32,580 bases of DNA, taken from a virus (Duplodnaviria; Caudoviricetes). Of this stretch, positions 25,086 to 32,241 are shown piece after piece. The notes below the pieces were generated by a model. That model saw only the letters and a list, made by a program, of their open reading frames with translations. It was not told the origin of the DNA and searched no databases. The stretch is taken from positions 1 to 32,580 of IMG/VR virus record IMGVR_UViG_3300032283_000164; one strand, 5' to 3'. Numbering within the stretch: the first letter of the stretch is position 1; every line of letters starts with the position of its first letter. The position numbers and the translations under genes were made by a program.

Positions 25086-25129
25086 GTAAACGCCACCTGC
25101 TTATGCTTTGTCGGGTGGCGTTTACTTTG
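25086..25129 (+). terminator. Probable intrinsic terminator ending the late/phosphoesterase region
   Basis: GTAAACGCCACCTG / CGGGTGGCGTTTAC 14-bp stem followed by TTTG (short U-tract). Confidence 0.7.
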
Positions 25130-25134
25130 CCTGT

Positions 25135-25170
25135 TTGCATTTGTCAGACAAAGTCTTTATGTTAGACACA
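25135..25170 (+). promoter_or_regulatory. Sigma70/HrdB-type promoter for a leaderless transcript, with palindromes in the spacer
   Basis: TTGCAT-17 nt-TATGTT, then 6 nt to ATG 25170, no RBS; the spacer holds TGTC-A-GACA and AGAC-AAA-GTCT. Confidence 0.62.
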
Positions 25171-25822
25171 TGACTAAACCAAAAATGCTAGACCTATTCT
25201 GTAAAGCAGGTGGGGCAAGTATGGGTTACTATCGTGCTGGTTTTGACGTGACAGGCATAGATATAAAAAATCAAAAACGCTACCCATTTGATTTTATTAA
25301 AGCCGATGCCGTTGAAGTATTAAAAGACATTGACTACTTAAAAACTTTTGACGTTTTAGTTGGTTCACCACCTTGTCAAACTCATAGCATCACTCAACAC
25401 TTACGCAATGCACAAGGAAAAAGCACAGACAAAATAGACCTTATTCCAGAAACAAGAGAAGGCTTTGTTACTTCTGGAAAACCATACGTTATTGAAAACG
25501 TACCGGGTTCCCCATTAAATAATCCTTTGACACTTTGCGGTTCATCATTTGGTCTTAAAGTTCGGCGTCACAGATTGTTTGAGTCAAACATCGTTTTAAG
25601 TGGATTGATTTGCAACCACAAAGAACAAGGTAAACCTGTTGGAATTTACGGTTCTATGCGTGATGAAATTCCGGGGGGGGTCATACAGCCAAAACGATAG
25701 AGCAAGCGCGTGAAGCAATGGGTATTGACTGGATGCTTTGGGGCGATCTTGTCGAAGCCATTCCACCTGTATACACAGAATTTATTGGTAAACAAATAAT
25801 AGAAAGGTCATTTAATGGCTGA
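25170..25822 (+). CDS. C5-cytosine DNA methyltransferase interrupted by a frameshift at a G8 tract (25673-25680)
   Basis: Motifs LDLFCKAGG, GSPPCQ, IENV, RRHRLF; the -1 frame continues HTAKTIEQAREAMGIDWMLWGDLVEAIPPVYTEFIGKQII (motif X-like) to TGA 25820-25822. Confidence 0.82.
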
Positions 25823-25973
25823 GGAACAGAAAGAAAATAAAGAGAACATGATCGCGCTACGTCTTAACAATGAGCAGATGCTTGCAGTTAGACAATGGGC
25901 GCATCAACACAACGCCAATGTAAGTCAAGTGATCAGATCAGCAATAGAACTAATGACAGGAGCAAAGCAATGA
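25815..25973 (+). CDS. Ribbon-helix-helix (CopG/Arc-like) DNA-binding protein (52 aa; not in ORF track)
   Basis: GAAAGG RBS; MIALRLNNEQMLAVRQWAHQHNANVSQVIRSAIE fits the strand-helix-helix pattern. Confidence 0.72.
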   Translation: MAEEQKENKENMIALRLNNEQMLAVRQWAHQHNANVSQVIRSAIELMTGAKQ

Positions 25974-26275
25974 GAACACCAAGCGAGCAGTTAGTCCAGA
26001 CAACTTGGATGGCAGACCACAAGCTATTTGCAAATCACGATGCAGTTACGCCAGTTGATTGGGCGAAGGTTTGGGAAGTAGTAGATGACATTGACACAGC
26101 AGAGTTCGATGCCAACCAATTAGTCATGGTTGCAGTTCTAGAGTTCCTATGTGGTTCTGAAATGGTTGAAGTTAGCCTAGATGAAATTGCTAACCTGCCA
26201 GAAATGGAACGCCGCGCAGTTGTAGATGCTTTGCGCCTTAAGTGGTCAAAGGTAGAACTGCAAGAGAACCTTTAG
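25970..26275 (+). CDS. Hypothetical protein
   Basis: ATG 25970 with AGGAG RBS, ATGA-coupled to the RHH gene. Confidence 0.65.
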   Translation: MRTPSEQLVQTTWMADHKLFANHDAVTPVDWAKVWEVVDDIDTAEFDANQLVMVAVLEFLCGSEMVEVSLDEIANLPEMERRAVVDALRLKWSKVELQENL

Positions 26276-26349
26276 AGTACAATAGGAACAGGGTCAAACC
26301 AATACGGAATGACCCTGTTCAACAACTCCTTATATCGGAAGGAGTCATT

Positions 26350-27135
26350 ATGACTCATAGTACCAATGACGGCGTGAAGATTCACGTTGAGCCGTTACCA
26401 TTTCAGCAGATTCCAAACTGGGTATTTGAATCACCCATTTCACCAACAGCCATAAAACTGTATTTAGTGTTGCGTAAGAACGGTGACAATAAGCGCGGCA
26501 CAAGCTACTGGTCGCGTAAGAAACTTGCAGAGCAAATAGGTTGCTCACCTAACACAATGGATAGAGCTAAAAAAGAACTCATCGACATAGGTGCTATCTG
26601 CCAGATCAACCGCAAAACTGCTAACGGTGACTGGACTTCTAATCTGTATCACATACATGGAACGTCTACCCAAGACTGCAAGTACCTATGCTCACCTATG
26701 GGTACACCTATACCCACCGATGGGGATACCCCTATACCCACCAGTGGTGAACGAACTAATAACCATATAGAACTAAGAACCAATGAACTTAATACTCGCA
26801 CCTTCGGTGTCGAGAATCATCAAGCCTGCAATTTATTAGCTGACCTAATTGAAGCTAACGGTTCTAAGCGACCAGTTGTAAATGAAAAGTGGCTAAGTGA
26901 CATGGAAAGACTTAACAGGATTGACGAACGCAGTTGGGAACAGATCACCAAAGCGATTGAATGGTGTCAGGCCGATGACTTTTGGCGTGGCAACATTATG
27001 AGTCCGGGCAAACTACGCAAGCAATACGATCAACTGCGATTGGCAGCACAGCGCAACACGAAACAAAGCAAGTTCACTAAGACGATGGACTGGCTCAAGA
27101 ATCTAGAGAACGACACAAAGGAACTAGAACAATGA
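26350..27135 (+). CDS. Replication initiator (N-terminal winged HTH, lambda O-like organisation)
   Basis: FQQIPNWV...AIKLYLVL...SRKKLAEQIGCSPNTMDRAKKELIDIG HTH; C-domain DDFWRGNIMSPGKLRKQYDQL; internal direct repeats; AAGGAG RBS. Confidence 0.8.
   Translation: MTHSTNDGVKIHVEPLPFQQIPNWVFESPISPTAIKLYLVLRKNGDNKRGTSYWSRKKLAEQIGCSPNTMDRAKKELIDIGAICQINRKTANGDWTSNLYHIHGTSTQDCKYLCSPMGTPIPTDGDTPIPTSGERTNNHIELRTNELNTRTFGVENHQACNLLADLIEANGSKRPVVNEKWLSDMERLNRIDERSWEQITKAIEWCQADDFWRGNIMSPGKLRKQYDQLRLAAQRNTKQSKFTKTMDWLKNLENDTKELEQ
26685..26790. repeat. Iteron-like direct repeats plus A-rich GAACYAA repeats (putative replication origin)
   Basis: CCTATGCTCACCTATGGG, CCTATACCCACCGATGGG and CCTATACCCACCAGTGGT at 26685, 26707 and 26731, followed by GAACTAA/GAACTAA/GAACCAA/GAACTTA. 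Confidence 0.68.
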
Positions 27136-27473
27136 ACAAAGCAGATGTAGGAAAAGTCTTAGCAGTTGCAATGGCAATAGATGCCCGTTTGGGCGCAGCT
27201 GATGAAGCAGCATTTAGGGCAAAGGTTGAAGGCTGGTCACTAGCACTAAGCGAAAGCATGGACTTCGAGTTTGCGCGTGATGCGGTTGGTAGCCATTACA
27301 AATCAGCAACAGAAACTTTAATGCCGGCACATCTAAACGCAATGTGGACTGCTCATAGATCACGCCAGTACGAAATAGACAACGTACGAGCTATTGGGTC
27401 AAGTCCTAAATCGCAAGGTATGCCAGATGATGTGCGAGCCAAATTGGTGGAACTAGGACTTAAGCGACCATAA
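27132..27473 (+). CDS. Putative helicase loader/inhibitor (SPP1 G39P-like)
   Basis: Follows the initiator; VGKVLAVAMAIDAR...WSLAL...ARDAVGSHY...LMPAHL pattern. Confidence 0.55.
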   Translation: MNKADVGKVLAVAMAIDARLGAADEAAFRAKVEGWSLALSESMDFEFARDAVGSHYKSATETLMPAHLNAMWTAHRSRQYEIDNVRAIGSSPKSQGMPDDVRAKLVELGLKRP

Positions 27474-27480
27474 TAGATGG

Positions 27481-27819
27481 ATGCTCAAAGACTGTGACCA
27501 TGAAGCGTGGCTAGATTCAGGTATGTGCCTAATCTGCACCGCGCCAGATTCGTGGATGTATTCCGCAGCTTGTCGAGATGCGCCACCTGACACTTGCTTT
27601 CCTGAGAATGAAGAACCTCACCTTTACGACATTGCAAGACGTTTATGCGAAGAATGCCCGGTAGTCGGATTTTGCCTAGAGATCGGGCTAGAGGATAAGT
27701 GGGGTATGTGGGGTGGATTGGATCCAATCGAGCGTGAGAAGCTACGCAAGTCTGGCAAGGTTCCCAAGGAACGTCTAGAAAAGCGTTCATTTCTAAGGGT
27801 TTTTGCGTACCTAAATTAG
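27481..27819 (+). CDS. whiB: WhiB-family Fe-S transcription regulator
   Basis: WMYSAAC...FP...LCEECPVVGFCL...GMWGG: four Cys plus the G[VM]WGG turn. Confidence 0.88.
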   Translation: MLKDCDHEAWLDSGMCLICTAPDSWMYSAACRDAPPDTCFPENEEPHLYDIARRLCEECPVVGFCLEIGLEDKWGMWGGLDPIEREKLRKSGKVPKERLEKRSFLRVFAYLN

Positions 27820-27939
27820 AACAGATGTACGAGCGACACGTTATCAAATTGTTACCTTAAATGGCGTACAAGGTCTGCCAAATGCCGTAATGTAATACAT
27901 AAGCGAACCGCAAGGTTCTAGGACAGAGAGAACAAAGCA

Positions 27940-28071
27940 ATGAATACAACAGTATGGAAAGCATACAAAAGAGAAGCAAACGCACTTAAGTTTATGCGGA
28001 TGCTCAACAGCTACGGTCATAACGCAACCGTTGAATTTCACTACGGTCTTTATTATGTGGTGACTGCATAA
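27940..28071 (+). CDS. Small hypothetical protein (43 aa; not in ORF track)
   Basis: MNTTVWKAYKREANALKFMRMLNSYGHNATVEFHYGLYYVVTA; TAATG-coupled to the next ORF. Confidence 0.55.
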   Translation: MNTTVWKAYKREANALKFMRMLNSYGHNATVEFHYGLYYVVTA

Positions 28072-28193
28072 TGCGCGACTGGAACTGGACACCACGAGCA
28101 AGATTTATTGGCGAGCTACTAACAGCAGTCGCAGTAGTTGCAGCTGGCTGGGTTCTATTTGTTGGCACTTGGTTTGCGCTAGGTGGTAACTAA
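28071..28193 (+). CDS. Small membrane protein (40 aa; not in ORF track)
   Basis: MRDWNWTPRARFIGELLTAVAVVAAGWVLFVGTWFALGGN; TAATG overlaps at both ends. Confidence 0.62.
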   Translation: MRDWNWTPRARFIGELLTAVAVVAAGWVLFVGTWFALGGN

Positions 28194-28414
28194 TGGGATT
28201 TGTACCTTTCAGCATGGAACGCGCAACACTTGATGACAAGCACAAGATACGCAAGATGCTTGAATACTTAGGCGTTACACACCCGGCGCATCAGGTTGAA
28301 TTTATGTCAGCCCTACTTGATAAACCTTTCGATACGACCAAGATGAGCCGTCAAGACTTTTACACACTCGTAACTAAGATTCAAAACATTCAAGAGAACA
28401 GGAACAAAGCATGA
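28193..28414 (+). CDS. Hypothetical protein
   Basis: AGGTGG RBS; coupled to neighbours on both sides. Confidence 0.6.
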   Translation: MGFVPFSMERATLDDKHKIRKMLEYLGVTHPAHQVEFMSALLDKPFDTTKMSRQDFYTLVTKIQNIQENRNKA

Positions 28415-28974
28415 AACAAGAACAGCAGGATGCCTTACGCGCACCATTTCCTAAAGAGCAGATTCAAAAACTTCCAACTGGTGGAATGCAATTAGATTAC
28501 GTTAGCCACGCTTGGGTCACAGATCGCTTGCTACAAGTAGACCCATTGTGGAGTTGGGAGCCGGTTGCATTCGATGAATCAGGTTTGCCCAAGTTTGACG
28601 AGAACGGTGGCTTGTGGATAAAACTAACTGTTTGTGGTGTTACACGTTACGGCTACGGTGAGCCACAGGGCAGAGATAAGTTCGATGCGAAGAAGGGGTG
28701 TATCGGCAATAGTCTTAGGAACGCTGCCATGAGATTCGGCGTTGGACTTGATCTATGGGCTAAGGAAGCACCGGCAGATGTCAAACCAGCACCTAAAGCA
28801 ACTAAAGAACTAAGCACAGCTACACAAAAGATGATCGAGCGCATAGGCAACGCAGGTTCACTTGTTGAACTAAGTGAAGTCGTGCCGTTGATTCAATCGG
28901 GCGAATTTACAGATGCAGAGAAGCGCAACTTGCGACTGATCTTTGACAACAAGAAAGTTGAGTTAGGCGCATGA
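28411..28974 (+). CDS. Rad52/Sak-like single-strand annealing protein
   Basis: LRAPFP, LDYVSHAWVTDRL, LTVCGVTRYGYG, NSLRNAAMRFGVGLDLW. Confidence 0.8.
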   Translation: MKQEQQDALRAPFPKEQIQKLPTGGMQLDYVSHAWVTDRLLQVDPLWSWEPVAFDESGLPKFDENGGLWIKLTVCGVTRYGYGEPQGRDKFDAKKGCIGNSLRNAAMRFGVGLDLWAKEAPADVKPAPKATKELSTATQKMIERIGNAGSLVELSEVVPLIQSGEFTDAEKRNLRLIFDNKKVELGA

Positions 28975-29120
28975 CATTTATCTTTGGAGCAGTTTTATTC
29001 CTACTTGGTGGTTTCTTTGGAATGTTAATAATGGCATTTGCTCAGTCACTACCAAGACAGATTCAACAACAGCAAGATGCCTTAGTTGCGCAGTTGCGGT
29101 TAGTAGTGTCAGATGAGTGA
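28971..29120 (+). CDS. Small single-TM protein (49 aa; not in ORF track)
   Basis: MTFIFGAVLFLLGGFFGMLIMAFAQSLPRQIQQQQDALVAQLRLVVSDE; ATGA-coupled. Confidence 0.6.
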   Translation: MTFIFGAVLFLLGGFFGMLIMAFAQSLPRQIQQQQDALVAQLRLVVSDE

Positions 29121-29409
29121 TCTAAAAGAATACGGGATGCAACTAGCTTTGGATGCGCAGCCTGATTGGGCAGAACAAGCGTTTGAAGCGATCAAGCAAC
29201 TTGCAAAGCGTGGCACACAATTCACAAGCGAGGATGTTCTAGCGATCACCGGGTTACCGTCTGGTGAAGTTGGTCAGCACAAGAACAACGCATCTGGCGC
29301 AATTATGAACAAGGCAGCCAGAGCGGGCATCATTCGCAAGGTTGGCTACGGCACAGCAAAGCGCAAAGCATCACACGGCGCAGTTATAGCAATTTGGATT
29401 GGCGCATGA
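29113..29409 (+). CDS. Hypothetical protein, possible winged helix
   Basis: FTSEDV...NASGAIMNKAARAGIIRKVG...SHGAVIAIW pattern. Confidence 0.55.
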   Translation: MSDLKEYGMQLALDAQPDWAEQAFEAIKQLAKRGTQFTSEDVLAITGLPSGEVGQHKNNASGAIMNKAARAGIIRKVGYGTAKRKASHGAVIAIWIGA

Positions 29410-29813
29410 TCAATTTCTTTATAGAAGGTGAACCAGCACCACAAGGTTCTAAGACTGGATTCGTAAAGAATGGTCGAGTGGTAATGATTGAATCAAGCAC
29501 AAAGGTCAAGCCTTGGCGAGCAGCCGTAGCTGAGCAATGTGCGCGATACATGAGTGGCGAAAAACTAAACCCAATGGATACCCCAGTTGAGATCGCTCTT
29601 GTGTTCTACTTGCCAAAGCCAAAGACGGTCAAGCGTGAGTGGCCTAGTGTCAAGCCTGACTTGGACAAACTCATTCGCAGCACATTTGACGGACTGACTA
29701 CTGGTGGACTTTACACAGACGATGCCTTGGTCATTGCAGTTAGTGCTTCAAAAGAGTACGCAATAGATCGCATTGGTTGTCAGGTGATTGCAAGTGAGGT
29801 CGCAAGTGTTTGA
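29406..29813 (+). CDS. rusA: RusA-family Holliday junction resolvase
   Basis: GEPAPQGSK, KPDLDKLIRSTFDGL and YTDDALV catalytic Asp/Lys motifs. Confidence 0.88.
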   Translation: MINFFIEGEPAPQGSKTGFVKNGRVVMIESSTKVKPWRAAVAEQCARYMSGEKLNPMDTPVEIALVFYLPKPKTVKREWPSVKPDLDKLIRSTFDGLTTGGLYTDDALVIAVSASKEYAIDRIGCQVIASEVASV

Positions 29814-30093
29814 TACTTCACAAGCTAATTGCTTAGGCGTAGACCCAGAGTTGTTTTTCCCAGTAGGCCAGATAGACCCAGCAACAGAAAAGACATTGAG
29901 CCGTATCTGCATGAGTTGTGAAGTCTTTAGCGACTGCCTGAATTATGCGTTAAAGGTAAAGGTCAATGGTTACTGGGCAGCAACAACAGAAACAAAACGT
30001 GTGCATCTTAGAAAGTTATTTAAGATCACGCCAATAAGGATAGATCAAGAGCTAGAACGGACACACCGGGACAGCGTAAAGGAAGCAGGATAA
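29806..30093 (+). CDS. whiB: Second WhiB-family protein (divergent)
   Basis: ANCLGVDPELFFP...ICMSCEVFSDCLNYAL...GYWAAT; GTG start with GAGGT RBS. Confidence 0.8.
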   Translation: MFDTSQANCLGVDPELFFPVGQIDPATEKTLSRICMSCEVFSDCLNYALKVKVNGYWAATTETKRVHLRKLFKITPIRIDQELERTHRDSVKEAG

Positions 30094-30097
30094 AGAA

Positions 30098-30472
30098 ATG
30101 GCATTACCAACAATCACAGCACAGGGAAATCTAGTCTTTGAACCAGACTTCCAAGTAACAGCATCAGGCATCAGCCGTTGCAAGTTGCGCATCGCGTGTA
30201 ATGAACGCCGTAAGAACCAAGACAACACATGGTCAGATGGTGAAACCAGTTACTTTGATGTTGTTTTATGGCGTGGACTAGCTGATGCAGCAGCAGATAC
30301 CTTCAAGAAGGGTCAACCGATTCTAGTTGTCGGTAAGGTTCGTGTATCTAAGTATGAAGATAAGAACGGCGTAGAACGCACAGCCGTAGAGATTACAGCA
30401 GATGAAATCGCAGCAGTAGTCAAAGCATCCAAAGCAAAAGAAACAAATCCAGAAAGCGACCCTTGGTTATGA
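30098..30472 (+). CDS. ssb: Single-stranded DNA-binding protein
   Basis: ITAQGNL, YFDVVLWRGLA, KKGQPILVVGKV OB-fold pattern; acidic SDPWL tail. Confidence 0.9.
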   Translation: MALPTITAQGNLVFEPDFQVTASGISRCKLRIACNERRKNQDNTWSDGETSYFDVVLWRGLADAAADTFKKGQPILVVGKVRVSKYEDKNGVERTAVEITADEIAAVVKASKAKETNPESDPWL

Positions 30473-30684
30473 TTCTCGCCCTAGTATTAGCAACTGCATC
30501 AGCAAGCATCATTGTATTTCTTGCCGGGTATCGGTTAGCCGTTTATCAATACAAGCTAGACGATGAGCATTGGTTGGCGATGCAGGAACAAGACAACGCA
30601 ACAGGAACGCCAATCTATGCAGCCCTTGATCGTGAGTGGAAGTACACCGAAGAACTGAACAGGCCGTTTACCGATGACAAGTAA
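30469..30684 (+). CDS. Small protein with N-terminal TM helix
   Basis: MILALVLATASASIIVFLAGY; ATGA-coupled to ssb. Confidence 0.55.
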   Translation: MILALVLATASASIIVFLAGYRLAVYQYKLDDEHWLAMQEQDNATGTPIYAALDREWKYTEELNRPFTDDK

Positions 30685-30943
30685 GTGTGGTGTTTGCCCC
30701 CGGTCATCCTCTATTGGGGATGGCTGGTGGGCAGTCCATAACTACAAGACAGACCCACCAACTGTCTATGATCTATGCCCTAGTTGCTATCGCAACAAGA
30801 GCCTGTTGGCATACCGCGACACGTTACTAGAACAGATCAAAGCTATTCAGTTAAGTCATTCAGAGCCTGACATTAAAATGGGCATGGAGTTAATGAAACT
30901 GCGATGCGAAGCCATAGTGAGAGATACGGTATTCAATGACTAA
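30674..30943 (+). CDS. Hypothetical zinc-finger protein
   Basis: CGVC...DLCPSC. Confidence 0.6.
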   Translation: MTSKCGVCPRSSSIGDGWWAVHNYKTDPPTVYDLCPSCYRNKSLLAYRDTLLEQIKAIQLSHSEPDIKMGMELMKLRCEAIVRDTVFND

Positions 30944-31109
30944 GAAATTGCATTTAACAGAAGCAATAAAAGACTTACATTGTGAAGTTACAGAAGTCAT
31001 TGACTACTTAAACAATGGTGATGAGATTCATTACAAGTTTGCAGTAAATCAATGTTCCGAATGCCGTGAAGAATGGCCTTGCCTGACGATAAGTCTTTTG
31101 GATGATTAG
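30936..31109 (+). CDS. Small zinc-binding hypothetical protein (57 aa; not in ORF track)
   Basis: MTKKLHLTEAIKDLH...CSECREEWPCLT; overlaps both neighbours. Confidence 0.6.
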   Translation: MTKKLHLTEAIKDLHCEVTEVIDYLNNGDEIHYKFAVNQCSECREEWPCLTISLLDD

Positions 31110-31374
31110 ACCACGCTCGAAGAAGATGGAAAGCCTGTACGCAACTCAACGGCGTAAGTTAGTTCGAGAGTTGCTACGGGACTTCCCACCCTGTCAGCGT
31201 TGTGCGGTGGCTTATGCAACAGACGTACACGAGATCAAGACACGAGCTAGAGGTGGAAGCATTACAGACCGCGACAACCTAGCTTTACTTTGCAGGCCGT
31301 GTCATACATTCATCACACAGAACCCGGCACAAGGTAAGTCTGAAGGTTGGCTCAAGAACTCTTGGGATGAATAG
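31102..31374 (+). CDS. HNH endonuclease
   Basis: CQRC...DVHEIKTRARGGS...NLALLCRPCH. Confidence 0.8.
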   Translation: MIRPRSKKMESLYATQRRKLVRELLRDFPPCQRCAVAYATDVHEIKTRARGGSITDRDNLALLCRPCHTFITQNPAQGKSEGWLKNSWDE

Positions 31375-31681
31375 ACTAAGTCCCATGAACTGGACTGACA
31401 CCGTAGGCGTGACGATTCACAATGACCTAGTGCGTTCAGCGTTAAAGAACAAACCAGAAGCAGACATAGACAAGCTCGAAGCATCAGTTAAACGAATGAG
31501 CCTAAGCGTTGGCATTACACGCAACGCAATAGCATCAGTCATAGAAGCAGAACTAGAAGCGATGGTTGCTTATCACTTACTAGGTGACAAATCCATTACC
31601 CTTGAATACTTAGCAGGACTACAAAGCGCAGCTGACTTAGTTAGATACGGATTACACCTAACAGATGGAACTAAGTTATGA
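31367..31681 (+). CDS. Hypothetical protein
   Basis: Overlap-coupled ORF with no recognisable motif; start uncertain. Confidence 0.55.
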   Translation: MNRLSPMNWTDTVGVTIHNDLVRSALKNKPEADIDKLEASVKRMSLSVGITRNAIASVIEAELEAMVAYHLLGDKSITLEYLAGLQSAADLVRYGLHLTDGTKL

Positions 31682-32241
31682 CAACGATAGTTACAACAAC
31701 AGGCAACAACTTCGCCACGCTAACAGCAGACCAAGGCATAACGTCAAACCTCATTCATCCTGATATGCACAAGATCGTTCAGCAGGACACATGGCTCATC
31801 GGTGTTGCCGGAAGCGCAAGAGTGTGCGATCAGTTGCAGTACGCAATCGAATACCCTAAGCCACCTATCGAAGTAGTAAGAGCAGGCAAGTGGCTCAAGT
31901 GGATAGTAACCCAAGTCATTACGTTGATTGAGCCGATAGTCAAAGACGGCGAGATGGATGCTGAAGCCCTACTGATTACACACGGCAAAGCATTCCTAGT
32001 AAGCGAGAACTTAAGTGTGCTATCTGCCAAGCCTTATTGGGCAATTGGTTCTGGTGCGGAATTAGCTCTGGGTTGTTTAGCTGAGGGGCAATATAAAAAC
32101 GACTGGCATAAGAACCACGACCTCTCTGCCCTACACGCAATGGAGGTCGCAAGTATGCATGACCCAAGCACAAGGGGAACACTAGACCAATACCGCAGCT
32201 ACACCAATGGCAAGGTAATGCACCGTAGCAATGGCGTTTAA
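31678..32241 (+). CDS. Ntn-hydrolase, HslV/proteasome beta-subunit-like protease
   Basis: M-TTIV start; after Met removal Thr1, Asp17 and Lys31; GVAGS and WAIGSG motifs. Confidence 0.75.
   Translation: MTTIVTTTGNNFATLTADQGITSNLIHPDMHKIVQQDTWLIGVAGSARVCDQLQYAIEYPKPPIEVVRAGKWLKWIVTQVITLIEPIVKDGEMDAEALLITHGKAFLVSENLSVLSAKPYWAIGSGAELALGCLAEGQYKNDWHKNHDLSALHAMEVASMHDPSTRGTLDQYRSYTNGKVMHRSNGV

Noticed and set aside
25895-26349. Longer starts given in the ORF track (25895, 26242; likewise 51, 6375, 8181, 14485)
   Set aside because: Downstream ATGs have an RBS, a -10 element or stop-start coupling, and the extensions overlap other genes or RNA structures.
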